A stretch of 24,571 nt of DNA from an uncultured Bacteroidales bacterium (GCA_937906795.1 CALCUQ010000020.1:1-24571), one strand, 5' to 3'. Positions 1 through 8,485 are shown, numbered from the stretch's first letter. Made by a program: numbers and translations. The notes: generated by a model from the letters alone, not told the origin.

Positions 1-384
1 CTCCAATCCGTATTTTACAGCAGGGGAGCCTTTGTATGGGGTTGTGATAAGAAGTCCCAAGGTGTCTATTTTTCTGATTATGGAGCCAATACCTCCGTAA
101 CTTGCTGTTCTGAGCATTGTATACTCCTCTTCATTCTCCTCTGGCAAGTACTCTGTATAAGGGTCTAAAGATTGCAACATTGCCTTAATCCCTGTATTCA
201 TCACTTTTGGAATATCCAGTGAATCTACAAATGATTTGTCCAGCTCTTTTAGAATATCATATTGTATCTCCAATGATTGTGCAACTTTAAATTCTTTACT
301 CTGAGCAAATAACGCAACTGAGCCAACTGCCAATAGTGCAGTAAGCAAAATTTTCTTCATTGTTATCATTATAATCCTCTTCAT
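1..384 (-). CDS. S41 family C-terminal processing protease (CtpA/Prc-like), N-terminal part; runs off the window
   Basis: Manual translation (not in ORF track): MKRIIMITMKKILLTALLAVGSVALFAQSKEFKVAQSLEIQYDILKELDKSFVDSLD...AMLQSLDPYTEYL...YGGIGSIIRK...PYKGSPAVKYGLE. Signal peptide, LDPYT motif, GIG and SPA motifs of the PDZ domain. In-frame alternative starts at 369 and 360. Confidence 0.9.
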   Translation of the reverse strand, partial: MKRIIMITMKKILLTALLAVGSVALFAQSKEFKVAQSLEIQYDILKELDKSFVDSLDIPKVMNTGIKAMLQSLDPYTEYLPEENEEEYTMLRTASYGGIGSIIRKIDTLGLLITTPYKGSPAVKYGLE

Positions 385-401
385 ATTGTTTGTATGTATT
401 A

Positions 402-426
402 CAAAAGTAAACTTTTAGTAACTTTG
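402..426. promoter_or_regulatory. Back-to-back Bacteroidota -7 promoter elements (S41 protease / rdgB)
   Basis: TACTTTTG on the - strand (402-409) and TAACTTTG on the + strand (419-426) match TAnnTTTG in a 66 bp divergent gap. Confidence 0.6.
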
Positions 427-450
427 GTGCAATATTTTATTTAAAATTAT

Positions 451-1056
451 ATGGATATTGTTTTTGCAACAGGTAATGCACACAAAGCAACTGAGGCTGC
501 TGGTGCCCTTGGTAGTTCTTTTACACTAATTATGCCAAAAGAGCTTGGAGTTACAGAAGAAATTCCAGAAAATGGTGATACTCTGCAGGCCAATGCTATT
601 GAAAAGGCTCAGTATTTATGGAACAAGTTGGGAAAAAATTGCTTCGCCGACGATACTGGTCTTGAAGTAGATGCCCTTGGTGGAGCTCCTGGAGTATATT
701 CTGCAAGATATGCAGGACCTGAGAAAGGCTCTGAAGCCAATATGGAAAAACTTCTTTCTGAGCTTGAGAAAGCGGGAGAAAGAAATGGCTCTCCTGTGAG
801 CAGGACTGCCCGTTTCAGGACTGTAATTGCCCTTATTCTGGATGGCAAGCTTACAACTTTTGAAGGGGTATGTGAGGGGGAGATTGCTTACGAAAAAAGA
901 GGAGATCAGGGATTTGGATATGACCCTGTCTTTATTCCTAAGGAATGCGGTGGCAAATATATGGCTGAGCTTACTTTAGAGGAAAAGAATGCCATTTCCC
1001 ACAGGGGTAAGGCTTTAAAGGAGTTGTCTGCGTATCTGAACAATATAGTTAAATAA
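451..1056 (+). CDS. rdgB: RdgB/HAM1 non-canonical purine NTP pyrophosphatase (dITP/XTP)
   Basis: ATGNAHK, ADDTGL, GAPGVYSARYAG, GFGYDPVF and KNAISHRGKA motifs. Confidence 0.96.
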   Translation: MDIVFATGNAHKATEAAGALGSSFTLIMPKELGVTEEIPENGDTLQANAIEKAQYLWNKLGKNCFADDTGLEVDALGGAPGVYSARYAGPEKGSEANMEKLLSELEKAGERNGSPVSRTARFRTVIALILDGKLTTFEGVCEGEIAYEKRGDQGFGYDPVFIPKECGGKYMAELTLEEKNAISHRGKALKELSAYLNNIVK

Positions 1057-1060
1057 GTAT

Positions 1061-1807
1061 ATGCTTACCAAAAGCCAGATAATTGTCTTGCATACCATCA
1101 AACATGGCGACAATGGGATTGTTGTTCAATGCTACAGTTCTGTTGCCGGCAGGCAATCTTTGTATTACAGGGCATCAAAGAGGGGAAACAATCTGGCTTT
1201 GCTGCATAAACTGAACATTCTGGATATTGTTACATATAGCAGTGGGGGCTCTGCTATGCCCACAATAAAAGAGATTTCTGCAGCTTATCCATTAAAGACA
1301 ATAAGAAGTGACATATACAAAAGCACTATTGCTATGTTCATTAGTGAACTGTTGTCCAAATGTCTTAAGGAGGCTGAACCTAATGGAAATCTGTACAGTT
1401 TTATAAGTTCTTCTATCCAGATTCTTGAACACTCCACTTCTGGTGTTGCCAATTTTCATATCCATTTCATTACTCATCTATATAAAATGCTGGGTTATAT
1501 GCCGTTGGATAATTTTTGCGAGGCTTCGCCGGTTTTTGATATTCCTTCTGCCAAGTTTATCCCCTCTATATGTATCCCTAAAACAGAGAGTTGTGTTCTG
1601 GATAGGGAGGAATCTTTGCTGCTGCATGTTATAATGAATACTCCATCGGTTGATGTGCATACTTTGCAATATAACAATTCCCCCATTAAGTTGTCGGGAC
1701 AAACAAGGATAAAGTTTGTCAGACACCTTATTGAGTATTTGTCTTATCATATTGGGAACAACATTGAAATTAAGTCATTAGAAGTTCTGCATCAGGTTTT
1801 TTGCTAA
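1061..1807 (+). CDS. recO: DNA repair protein RecO
   Basis: N-terminal OB-fold pattern (IVLHTIKHGDNGIVVQCYS), DIYKSTIAMFISELL, C-terminal IKSLEVLHQVF typical of Bacteroidota RecO; 248 aa. Confidence 0.88.
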   Translation: MLTKSQIIVLHTIKHGDNGIVVQCYSSVAGRQSLYYRASKRGNNLALLHKLNILDIVTYSSGGSAMPTIKEISAAYPLKTIRSDIYKSTIAMFISELLSKCLKEAEPNGNLYSFISSSIQILEHSTSGVANFHIHFITHLYKMLGYMPLDNFCEASPVFDIPSAKFIPSICIPKTESCVLDREESLLLHVIMNTPSVDVHTLQYNNSPIKLSGQTRIKFVRHLIEYLSYHIGNNIEIKSLEVLHQVFC

Positions 1808-1894
1808 AAATTAGAGTTATGTCACTACTGAATTCCATATATCTTGCGCTGTATCGCAATTTTGTAAAAGGTACGCATTCCGGGAACAGAGGAT

Positions 1895-3343
1895 ATGGTA
1901 AAGGATTATCAGGATTACTGGTTTGGGGAGCTTATAAAAAGGGGACGGAATACTGCGTTTGGCAAGGAGCATAAGTTTGACTCAATAAAAAACATAGATG
2001 ACTTTAGGCGCAATGTTCCTGTTCTGGACTACAATGCTACTGCCTCCTATATAAACAGGTTGCGTAATGGGGAGGATTATGTCCTTTGGGACCAGAAAGT
2101 AAGATGGTATGCAAAAAGCAGTGGCACAAGTGCCGACAAGAGCAAATATATTCCTATTACTCCAGATTCTCTTTATATAAACCATTATGGTGGGTTCAAG
2201 AGAATGATTACTTCTTATTTGCTCAATAACCCTAAGAGCAGTTTGTACTCCGGCAAGGCTCTTACTCTTGGGGGAAGCGTAAAGCCTGATATTTCTTCTA
2301 ACAAGAACATATTTTCCGGGGACCTTTCTGCTGTTTTGCTTAAGAATTCTCCTGCTATTGTTGAGATGTTGCGCACTCCCAAAAGAAGTTCTGCTCTGGT
2401 TGAGGATTTTAACACAAAACTTGAACTGATTTGCAAGGAGTGCTGCAAGGAAAATGTCACAAATTTCTCTGGCGTTCCAAGCTGGAATCTTATCTTGCTA
2501 AGACGTATTCTGGAATACACCGGAAAGGAGAATATATGCCAGGTGTGGCCAAATATGGAGTTGTTTATGCATGGGGGAATTGGGTTTGAGCCTTATCGGG
2601 AAACATATAAATCAATAATTCCAAGTGACAAGATGCATTACCTGGAAAACTATAATGCTTCTGAGGGGTATTTTGCTTTCCAGGATGATCTTAACGAGAA
2701 GGGGATGTTGCTTACTGTAAACAATGGTATTTTCTACGAATTTATCCCTATGGATATTCTGGATGATGTGCTTAGTGGCAAAGAGTCTAATATTGCTACT
2801 TTAAGGGATGTAAAACCTGGGGTTAATTATGCTATTGTCCTTAGTACTGTGGGTGGTTTGTGGAGATATCTTATTGGTGATTGTGTTCAGTTTACCTCTG
2901 TATTGCCGCATAGAATAATAATAACTGGGCGCACTCAGCTGTTTATAAATGCTTTTGGAGAAGAGCTTATGATTTCCAATGCCGAGAATGCCATTGCAAA
3001 AACCTGTAATGAGCTTGGTTGTAGTGTAAAAGAGTTTACGGCTGCCCCTGTTTTTGTTGCTGAATCTTCTAAAGGATTCCATAAATGGGTAATTGAGTTT
3101 TCTGAATCTCCTGCAGACACTGAAGAATTTGCCAGAAAACTGGACTATTTCCTTACAACTGTAAATTCTGATTATGAGGCCAAACGGAAAAACAATGCTA
3201 CAATGTTGCCTCTTGAGGTTGTTGCAGTTGCCCCGGGAACATTCTACAAATGGATGCAGCAAAGGGGAAAACTAGGGGGACAGAACAAAGTTCCAAGACT
3301 TTATAAGGACCTCACATATGTGAATTCGCTTCTATGCAAATAA
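1895..3343 (+). CDS. GH3 family acyl-adenylate/acyl-amido synthetase (auxin-responsive GH3-like); true start probably 1819 with a +1 frameshift
   Basis: AKSSGTS..KSKYIP, GVPSW, YNASEGYF, GLWRYLIGD, NSDYEAKR, GKLGGQNKVPRL motifs. A homolog-like N-terminus (MSLLNSI...) sits out of frame at 1819. Confidence 0.92.
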   Translation: MVKDYQDYWFGELIKRGRNTAFGKEHKFDSIKNIDDFRRNVPVLDYNATASYINRLRNGEDYVLWDQKVRWYAKSSGTSADKSKYIPITPDSLYINHYGGFKRMITSYLLNNPKSSLYSGKALTLGGSVKPDISSNKNIFSGDLSAVLLKNSPAIVEMLRTPKRSSALVEDFNTKLELICKECCKENVTNFSGVPSWNLILLRRILEYTGKENICQVWPNMELFMHGGIGFEPYRETYKSIIPSDKMHYLENYNASEGYFAFQDDLNEKGMLLTVNNGIFYEFIPMDILDDVLSGKESNIATLRDVKPGVNYAIVLSTVGGLWRYLIGDCVQFTSVLPHRIIITGRTQLFINAFGEELMISNAENAIAKTCNELGCSVKEFTAAPVFVAESSKGFHKWVIEFSESPADTEEFARKLDYFLTTVNSDYEAKRKNNATMLPLEVVAVAPGTFYKWMQQRGKLGGQNKVPRLYKDLTYVNSLLCK

Positions 3344-5089
3344 TTTAAGAAGCTCATCCTTAATATTTTGAGGGATTTGCGCATCGCGTATTTTTGCTTT
3401 AATCTTTACCTTGCTTGCCCTAACACTGGACTGCGAGGTGTTAAGCACATTTGATATATATTTTGTAGAATAATTCTGCTTTAACAGCAAAACTATCATT
3501 TTTTCCTGATTGCTTAGCGCACCCAGATATTGCAGTACCGGATTTGCTGCCTTAAAGGCATCGTTGTTTATAAGATCCAGAAAGTGCTTTCTGGTTTCTA
3601 TCTTTACGGCTGTAATCTCTTTTTGAAAAACATCGTACAACTTAGGGTCTGTTGTAAAAGTCTTGGCTGACAGTTCATTTATCTTCTCAACAAATTTAGG
3701 CAACATCCCTAAAGAAATGGATACAATATCAATGATGGATTTTGACTGATACATCTGCTCTTCCATCATTATTTTCTGCAGCTTGTCTTTTTCTTTCTCA
3801 ATGGTGCCTATCCTTAAGCGGAACACCAGAACAAGTATTATTACAAGCAACAACACTATCAACAGTGCAAGCATGGTATATGTAAGGTAGGTATCCCACC
3901 ACTGGTTGTGGATATTGATTTTTTCTATTGTATCATTATAGGCTTTTTCCAGCCCTTTGTTTACAGCATTTGAAGAAATGGTAGCTCCATACAAATGGTT
4001 ATTGCTTGCATTCTTATATGTCTGTGCCGCAAGTTCAAATTTGCCTGCAGCAAAATATACATCTGCAAGATTCCTGTAATAAAAATCTTTGTTAATATTG
4101 TCGGTGGCATAATCATCCTTTAGAATAGAAGATTTTACAGCCTTGTCTGCGTAACACAATGCACTGTCAAGATTGTTTATGCTCAAATAATATTTGGATG
4201 CAATAAGATTTTCCATTGCCCAGTTCTTGTTCCCTGTGTGCAAATTCTTCTTTTCCTTATTGGCATTCTCCATTGCAATATGCGCAACCTCATAATCTCC
4301 CTCACTTGCACTTATGGCAGATTTCATAAGATAAATTTCAAATAGTGTCTCTGCATCAAGACTCTCTTTTTGCTCAAGCAGTGTGTCTATAATGCTTTTG
4401 ACATGCACATAATCATTTACAATAAAGAGAATGTTAGCCATCCTCATAGATATTCTTGGAATGTGGTTTACATCATGGGCATCTTTAAGCAGGGAAATGG
4501 ATTTGTTGTAATAGTTTACAGTTGCCGATATATTTCCAAAATAGCCGTTTACCTTGGCCAATGCATAGTACAAAAAAGCTCTGTAGTGATTATGCTGGGG
4601 GTGTGTGTCAAAAAAAGATTGTGCCCTCTTCAAATACCTGTATGCAGTAATATCATCCCTTTTATATTCATACCTTACAATCCCGTACAAAAGAGACGCC
4701 TTTGCATAATTATAATCTCCTATCTCAAATTTCTTTGAGTTCAATTTCTTTTTAACCTTATCATACTCCTCTTTATAATAGTTATACAGCTGCTCAATCT
4801 CCTTTAGATTTACATACTCAACATAAGGTTCTTTGTCTGCTTCTACACAAAACAGATTTGCATTTGCATAAATCTTGTTGAGCTTATAGTAATTCTTAAG
4901 GAGGATTTTACTGGTGTCCAGATTAAGGCTGTCAAGCATTACAAGGGCTTTCCTTGGATTACTTAGCACCAAAGCCTCAATTTCTTCCATTGCAGAGGCC
5001 ATCTGCGATGTATATTGAGTATCTGAAGAGCAGTTGGTTATAAAGACCATTGCTGCAACAGACAATATTATTTTACAGACTCTTATCAT
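3332..5089 (-). CDS. Membrane-spanning regulator: signal/lipoprotein peptide, TPR sensor region, one TM helix, C-terminal LuxR-like HTH
   Basis: N-terminal hydrophobic stretch ending ITNC; helical TPR-like repeats (YYALAKVNGYFGNISATVNYYNKSI; YYRNLADVYFAAGKFELAAQTYKNA); TM LTYTMLALLIVLLLVIILVLVF; HTH LSNQEKMIVLLLKQNYSTKYISNVLNTSQSSVRASKVKIKAKI. Confidence 0.8.
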   Translation of the reverse strand: MIRVCKIILSVAAMVFITNCSSDTQYTSQMASAMEEIEALVLSNPRKALVMLDSLNLDTSKILLKNYYKLNKIYANANLFCVEADKEPYVEYVNLKEIEQLYNYYKEEYDKVKKKLNSKKFEIGDYNYAKASLLYGIVRYEYKRDDITAYRYLKRAQSFFDTHPQHNHYRAFLYYALAKVNGYFGNISATVNYYNKSISLLKDAHDVNHIPRISMRMANILFIVNDYVHVKSIIDTLLEQKESLDAETLFEIYLMKSAISASEGDYEVAHIAMENANKEKKNLHTGNKNWAMENLIASKYYLSINNLDSALCYADKAVKSSILKDDYATDNINKDFYYRNLADVYFAAGKFELAAQTYKNASNNHLYGATISSNAVNKGLEKAYNDTIEKINIHNQWWDTYLTYTMLALLIVLLLVIILVLVFRLRIGTIEKEKDKLQKIMMEEQMYQSKSIIDIVSISLGMLPKFVEKINELSAKTFTTDPKLYDVFQKEITAVKIETRKHFLDLINNDAFKAANPVLQYLGALSNQEKMIVLLLKQNYSTKYISNVLNTSQSSVRASKVKIKAKIRDAQIPQNIKDELLKLFA

Positions 5090-5123
5090 AATTTCAAGTT
5101 CCCAGCAACTGAGCTGTCAGAAT

Positions 5124-5131
5124 CAAATTTA
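5124..5131 (-). promoter_or_regulatory. -7 promoter element for the TPR-LuxR gene
   Basis: TAAATTTG on the - strand about 35 nt upstream of the ATG, downstream of the terminator at 5162-5187. Confidence 0.55.
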
Positions 5132-5161
5132 GCAATATATATCTGCTCTTGCAATAAAAAT

Positions 5162-5187
5162 AAAAAAAAGGGCAATACTGCCCTTTT
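5162..5187 (-). terminator. Intrinsic terminator
   Basis: - strand AAAAGGGCA-GTAT-TGCCCTTTTTTTT: perfect stem followed by an 8-U tract. Confidence 0.8.
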
Positions 5188-5248
5188 CAAACTAGCCCTT
5201 TGATTAATAAATTATTATAAAACTACTACGATATCATTGATGAAATCG
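5162..5248 (-). ncRNA. Candidate ~85 nt small RNA
   Basis: TAATTTTG -7 element at 5254-5261, 5' hairpin (GCGATTTCA-TCAA-TGATATCGT), AU-rich linker, terminator at 5162-5187; ATG-initiated ORFs are at most 5 codons. Confidence 0.35.
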
Positions 5249-5304
5249 CATAACAAAATTACCAATTTTTAAACTCTCTATGCATTTACTTGAGAAAATG
5301 CTCA

Positions 5305-5382
5305 AAAGTAGCGGATTTCACAAATACAACACTCTGATTTATTGCAATTTCATCAAATGAAAGTAGCGGATCAAACAACACT
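5305..5382. repeat. Direct repeat AAAGTAGCGGAT x2, each followed by ACAACACT
   Basis: Exact 12-mer at 5305-5316 and 5360-5371 (55 bp period); ACAACACT at 5326-5333 and 5375-5382. Confidence 0.8.
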
Positions 5383-5388
5383 GTTATT

Positions 5389-8300
5389 CTACTCCTGCTG
5401 CAAGAAAGGGGCAATTAAAGAGTTAATTTCCTCTGCTTTTTGTGCATCTCCATTAGTCTCAAACACTCTGGCTGTCATTAGAAGGTAATACAGATTGGTC
5501 TGCAAATCATCATATGACAGGTAATCGCCGTGGAATTCCTGGGAGAACAACAATACTGCCTTACTTGTTTCGTCTATAAATTCATCTGCAAGGGCATATG
5601 CTTTTTCTTTATTTGAGGTAGCAAGATAAATTGCAATTGCATCCATTATTGCTCTTTCGGTCAAAGCCGACAATGTAGAGTTATTCAACGGATAATTTGA
5701 AGTTGGCATAACCTCCTGCATTTTATCCAGAACCTCAACGGCTCTCAATGTATCACCTTTTGCATATAGTGCTTTTGCACAATTTACCATAAAGTCTCTT
5801 GGAGAATGCAGATTATTGAATGTAAGCAGATTCTGATAATCTACATTATATCCGTCCTTTTTAAAGCTATCCCATCTGAACACATTCATAATTCTATTGT
5901 ATAACGCCTCAGTTCCAACTTGCTGCAATTCGCCATGGCCTGTTTTGCTCTTTATTGGAACAAATTTGTATGCAACACCATCATATTGCATATAATCCTT
6001 AATACCAATATTTATGTCACCACCCTTTTGCATAAAGTAGATTGGTCTTTCCCAATTGTAGTTGCATACAAGATCCAGAATCATCAGCTCAGTTTTATTC
6101 AAAGAGTTCTTTCCTTCTGGAATAGAAAGTATTATTGTATCCATAACCTTATGCATATCTTCCTGTGCAACAATACCATATTTTGCAACATTCTCTTTGT
6201 TAACAGGAATTATCACATTACGGGCAGCAATATAATTATGGTTCTTGCCATCATTAAGAGGAATGGTAATCTTAGGATTTCTAAAAATGTCCATCAATGT
6301 TTTTCCAGGTATTGCACCACCATCAAATCTGTCGTATATCTGAACAAAATCATTTGTTCCATATAGATATTGATCTCTTTGGATGCTGAAATTAACCGGA
6401 TCTGACTCATACATTCTGCACTTGAGCTGATCTATATACCAGTCTGTACCCAATAGAGAGGTGTTCATAATCCTCACATCTGTTCTCACACCCTCAACCT
6501 CCTGAATATACCATAATGGGAATGTATCATTATCACCATGAGTTACCAGAATAGCATTCTCATCTACAGATTGCACAAAATTATAAGCCATATCGCGTGC
6601 GGTATATCTTCCGCTTCTGTCATGATCATCCCAGTTTTCACTTGCCATCTGGAATGGAACAATAACACATACAACAGAGGCTGCAATGGCTGCAACTTTA
6701 GGGTTAAGATATTTTTTACATATATCATATAACCACATTACCGCAAATCCCAACCAGATTGTAAATGCATAGAACGAACCTGCATAAGCATAATCCCTCT
6801 CTCTAGGCTGCATAGGAGGCTGGTTAAGATATACTACAACAGCAATTCCTGTAAGGAAGAACAACAGCATTGTAACCCACCAGTTTCTCTTGTCTTTCTT
6901 ATATTGGTAGAACAGACCTATAAGACCAAGAATCAAAGGCAAGAAATAATAATGATTCTTTGCTTTACTGTTTACTATATGGTCTGGTCCCTCACTTTGG
7001 TCTCCCAATCTTGCTTTATCTATAAATCCAATGCCACTTTCCCAGTTTCCTTTGAACAACTCACCCGGGATATTTGCCTGCAAATCGTTCTGTCTACCAA
7101 CAAAATTCCACATAAAATATCTGAAATACATGAAATCCAATTGATAATCAAAGAAATATTTAAGGTTTGCCCCAAAAGTAGGCTGTTTATATTTACCCCC
7201 TGGCAAAGTCTTACCCTTGCCATCTGTATACATTTCATAAAATGCAATATACGACTCATCTGCATCACTCCACATTCTTGGGAAAAGCATTTTTGTATTT
7301 GAGTCATAAGCCGGCATTGCAGGACTGTTAACCTTTACATACTCCCCGTTAAGTACAGTATAATATTGCGGTGTTTCAATACCAGAGTAAGTAGAGGCAA
7401 AAGTTTGTCCGTAGAACAACGGATTGCTTCCATATTGCTCCCTACCTATATATCTTACAAGTGTAAACGGATTGTCCGGCTGATACTCATTTGTTGGAGT
7501 TCCTGCACTCGATCTTATTACCACAACTGCAAAAGTGGAATATCCAACAATAATAAGTGTGGCACACAATATTATAATATTAAGCAAAGGCTTTACTTTT
7601 CTGTATGTATAATACACACCCCAGAACCCTGCAGCAATAAGAGCAAGTACAAATACAGAGGCACCAAAATTCATTGGCAAGCCAAACTTTGTAAACATAA
7701 GGTCTACATATGCAGAAAGTTTAGGGACATACGGAATTATTCCATACAGAATAACTGCCAATATTACTCCCGACAAAGCCAGCACCTTTACAGTTCTCTT
7801 AGGTGTAACATCGTACATTTTAAAGTAATATATAAACACCAAAGCAGGGATAGTAAGCAAGTTAAGCAAGTGTACTCCAATTGAAATACCCATAAGGAAT
7901 GCAATAAGGACAATCCATCTGTTTGCATACGGAGTATCTGCCTGCTCCTCCCATTTTAGCATAGCCCAGAATACAACTGCAGTAAACAAAGAAGACATAG
8001 CATACACCTCACCCTCTACAGCCGAGAACCAGAAAGTATCAGAGAAACAATATGCCAAAGATCCTACCACACCTGCACCAAACACAGCTATAGCATTGGC
8101 CTGATCAAGGATTTTTCCACCCTTCTCAACTATTCTTCTTCCAAGATGCACAATTGTAAGGTATAGGAAAAAGATTGTAAGTGCAGAGCACAAAGCACTC
8201 ATAGCATTTACAAGCATTGCTGCACTCTCTTTATCTCCAAACAAAGTAAAGAATCTTGCTATTAACTGAAACACAGGATTTCCAGGAGGGTGACCCACTT

Positions 8301-8445
8301 CAAGCTTATATGATGATGCTATAAACTCACCACAATCCCAGAAACTTGCGGTTGGCTCAATTGTAGCCAGATAAGTAAAAGATGCTATAAACAATACTAT
8401 AGTAGCTACAATATTATTTATTCTGTTAAACTTTTTAAGTTCCAT
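5389..8445 (-). CDS. DUF2723 polytopic membrane protein (TMEM260-like, GT-C fold glycosyltransferase family)
   Basis: PTASFWDCGEFI, LEVGHPPG, FSDTFWFSAVEGEVYAMSS, GVHLLNLL, RYFMWNFVGRQND, PRERDYAYAGSFYAF, GDNDTFPLWY motifs; many TM segments; 1018 aa. Confidence 0.9.
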   Translation of the reverse strand: MELKKFNRINNIVATIVLFIASFTYLATIEPTASFWDCGEFIASSYKLEVGHPPGNPVFQLIARFFTLFGDKESAAMLVNAMSALCSALTIFFLYLTIVHLGRRIVEKGGKILDQANAIAVFGAGVVGSLAYCFSDTFWFSAVEGEVYAMSSLFTAVVFWAMLKWEEQADTPYANRWIVLIAFLMGISIGVHLLNLLTIPALVFIYYFKMYDVTPKRTVKVLALSGVILAVILYGIIPYVPKLSAYVDLMFTKFGLPMNFGASVFVLALIAAGFWGVYYTYRKVKPLLNIIILCATLIIVGYSTFAVVVIRSSAGTPTNEYQPDNPFTLVRYIGREQYGSNPLFYGQTFASTYSGIETPQYYTVLNGEYVKVNSPAMPAYDSNTKMLFPRMWSDADESYIAFYEMYTDGKGKTLPGGKYKQPTFGANLKYFFDYQLDFMYFRYFMWNFVGRQNDLQANIPGELFKGNWESGIGFIDKARLGDQSEGPDHIVNSKAKNHYYFLPLILGLIGLFYQYKKDKRNWWVTMLLFFLTGIAVVVYLNQPPMQPRERDYAYAGSFYAFTIWLGFAVMWLYDICKKYLNPKVAAIAASVVCVIVPFQMASENWDDHDRSGRYTARDMAYNFVQSVDENAILVTHGDNDTFPLWYIQEVEGVRTDVRIMNTSLLGTDWYIDQLKCRMYESDPVNFSIQRDQYLYGTNDFVQIYDRFDGGAIPGKTLMDIFRNPKITIPLNDGKNHNYIAARNVIIPVNKENVAKYGIVAQEDMHKVMDTIILSIPEGKNSLNKTELMILDLVCNYNWERPIYFMQKGGDINIGIKDYMQYDGVAYKFVPIKSKTGHGELQQVGTEALYNRIMNVFRWDSFKKDGYNVDYQNLLTFNNLHSPRDFMVNCAKALYAKGDTLRAVEVLDKMQEVMPTSNYPLNNSTLSALTERAIMDAIAIYLATSNKEKAYALADEFIDETSKAVLLFSQEFHGDYLSYDDLQTNLYYLLMTARVFETNGDAQKAEEINSLIAPFLQQE

Positions 8446-8485
8446 ACAGTATGTGTAATTATGTACTTAGATTTATATTAAAAGG

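Noticed and set aside
5235..5252. Leader peptide MRFHQ in the candidate sRNA
   Set aside because: Only five codons, and its ATG lies at or upstream of the predicted TSS; no support for translation.
5305..5382. Direct repeats as a mini CRISPR array
   Set aside because: Only two 12 bp copies, too short for CRISPR repeats, and no cas genes.
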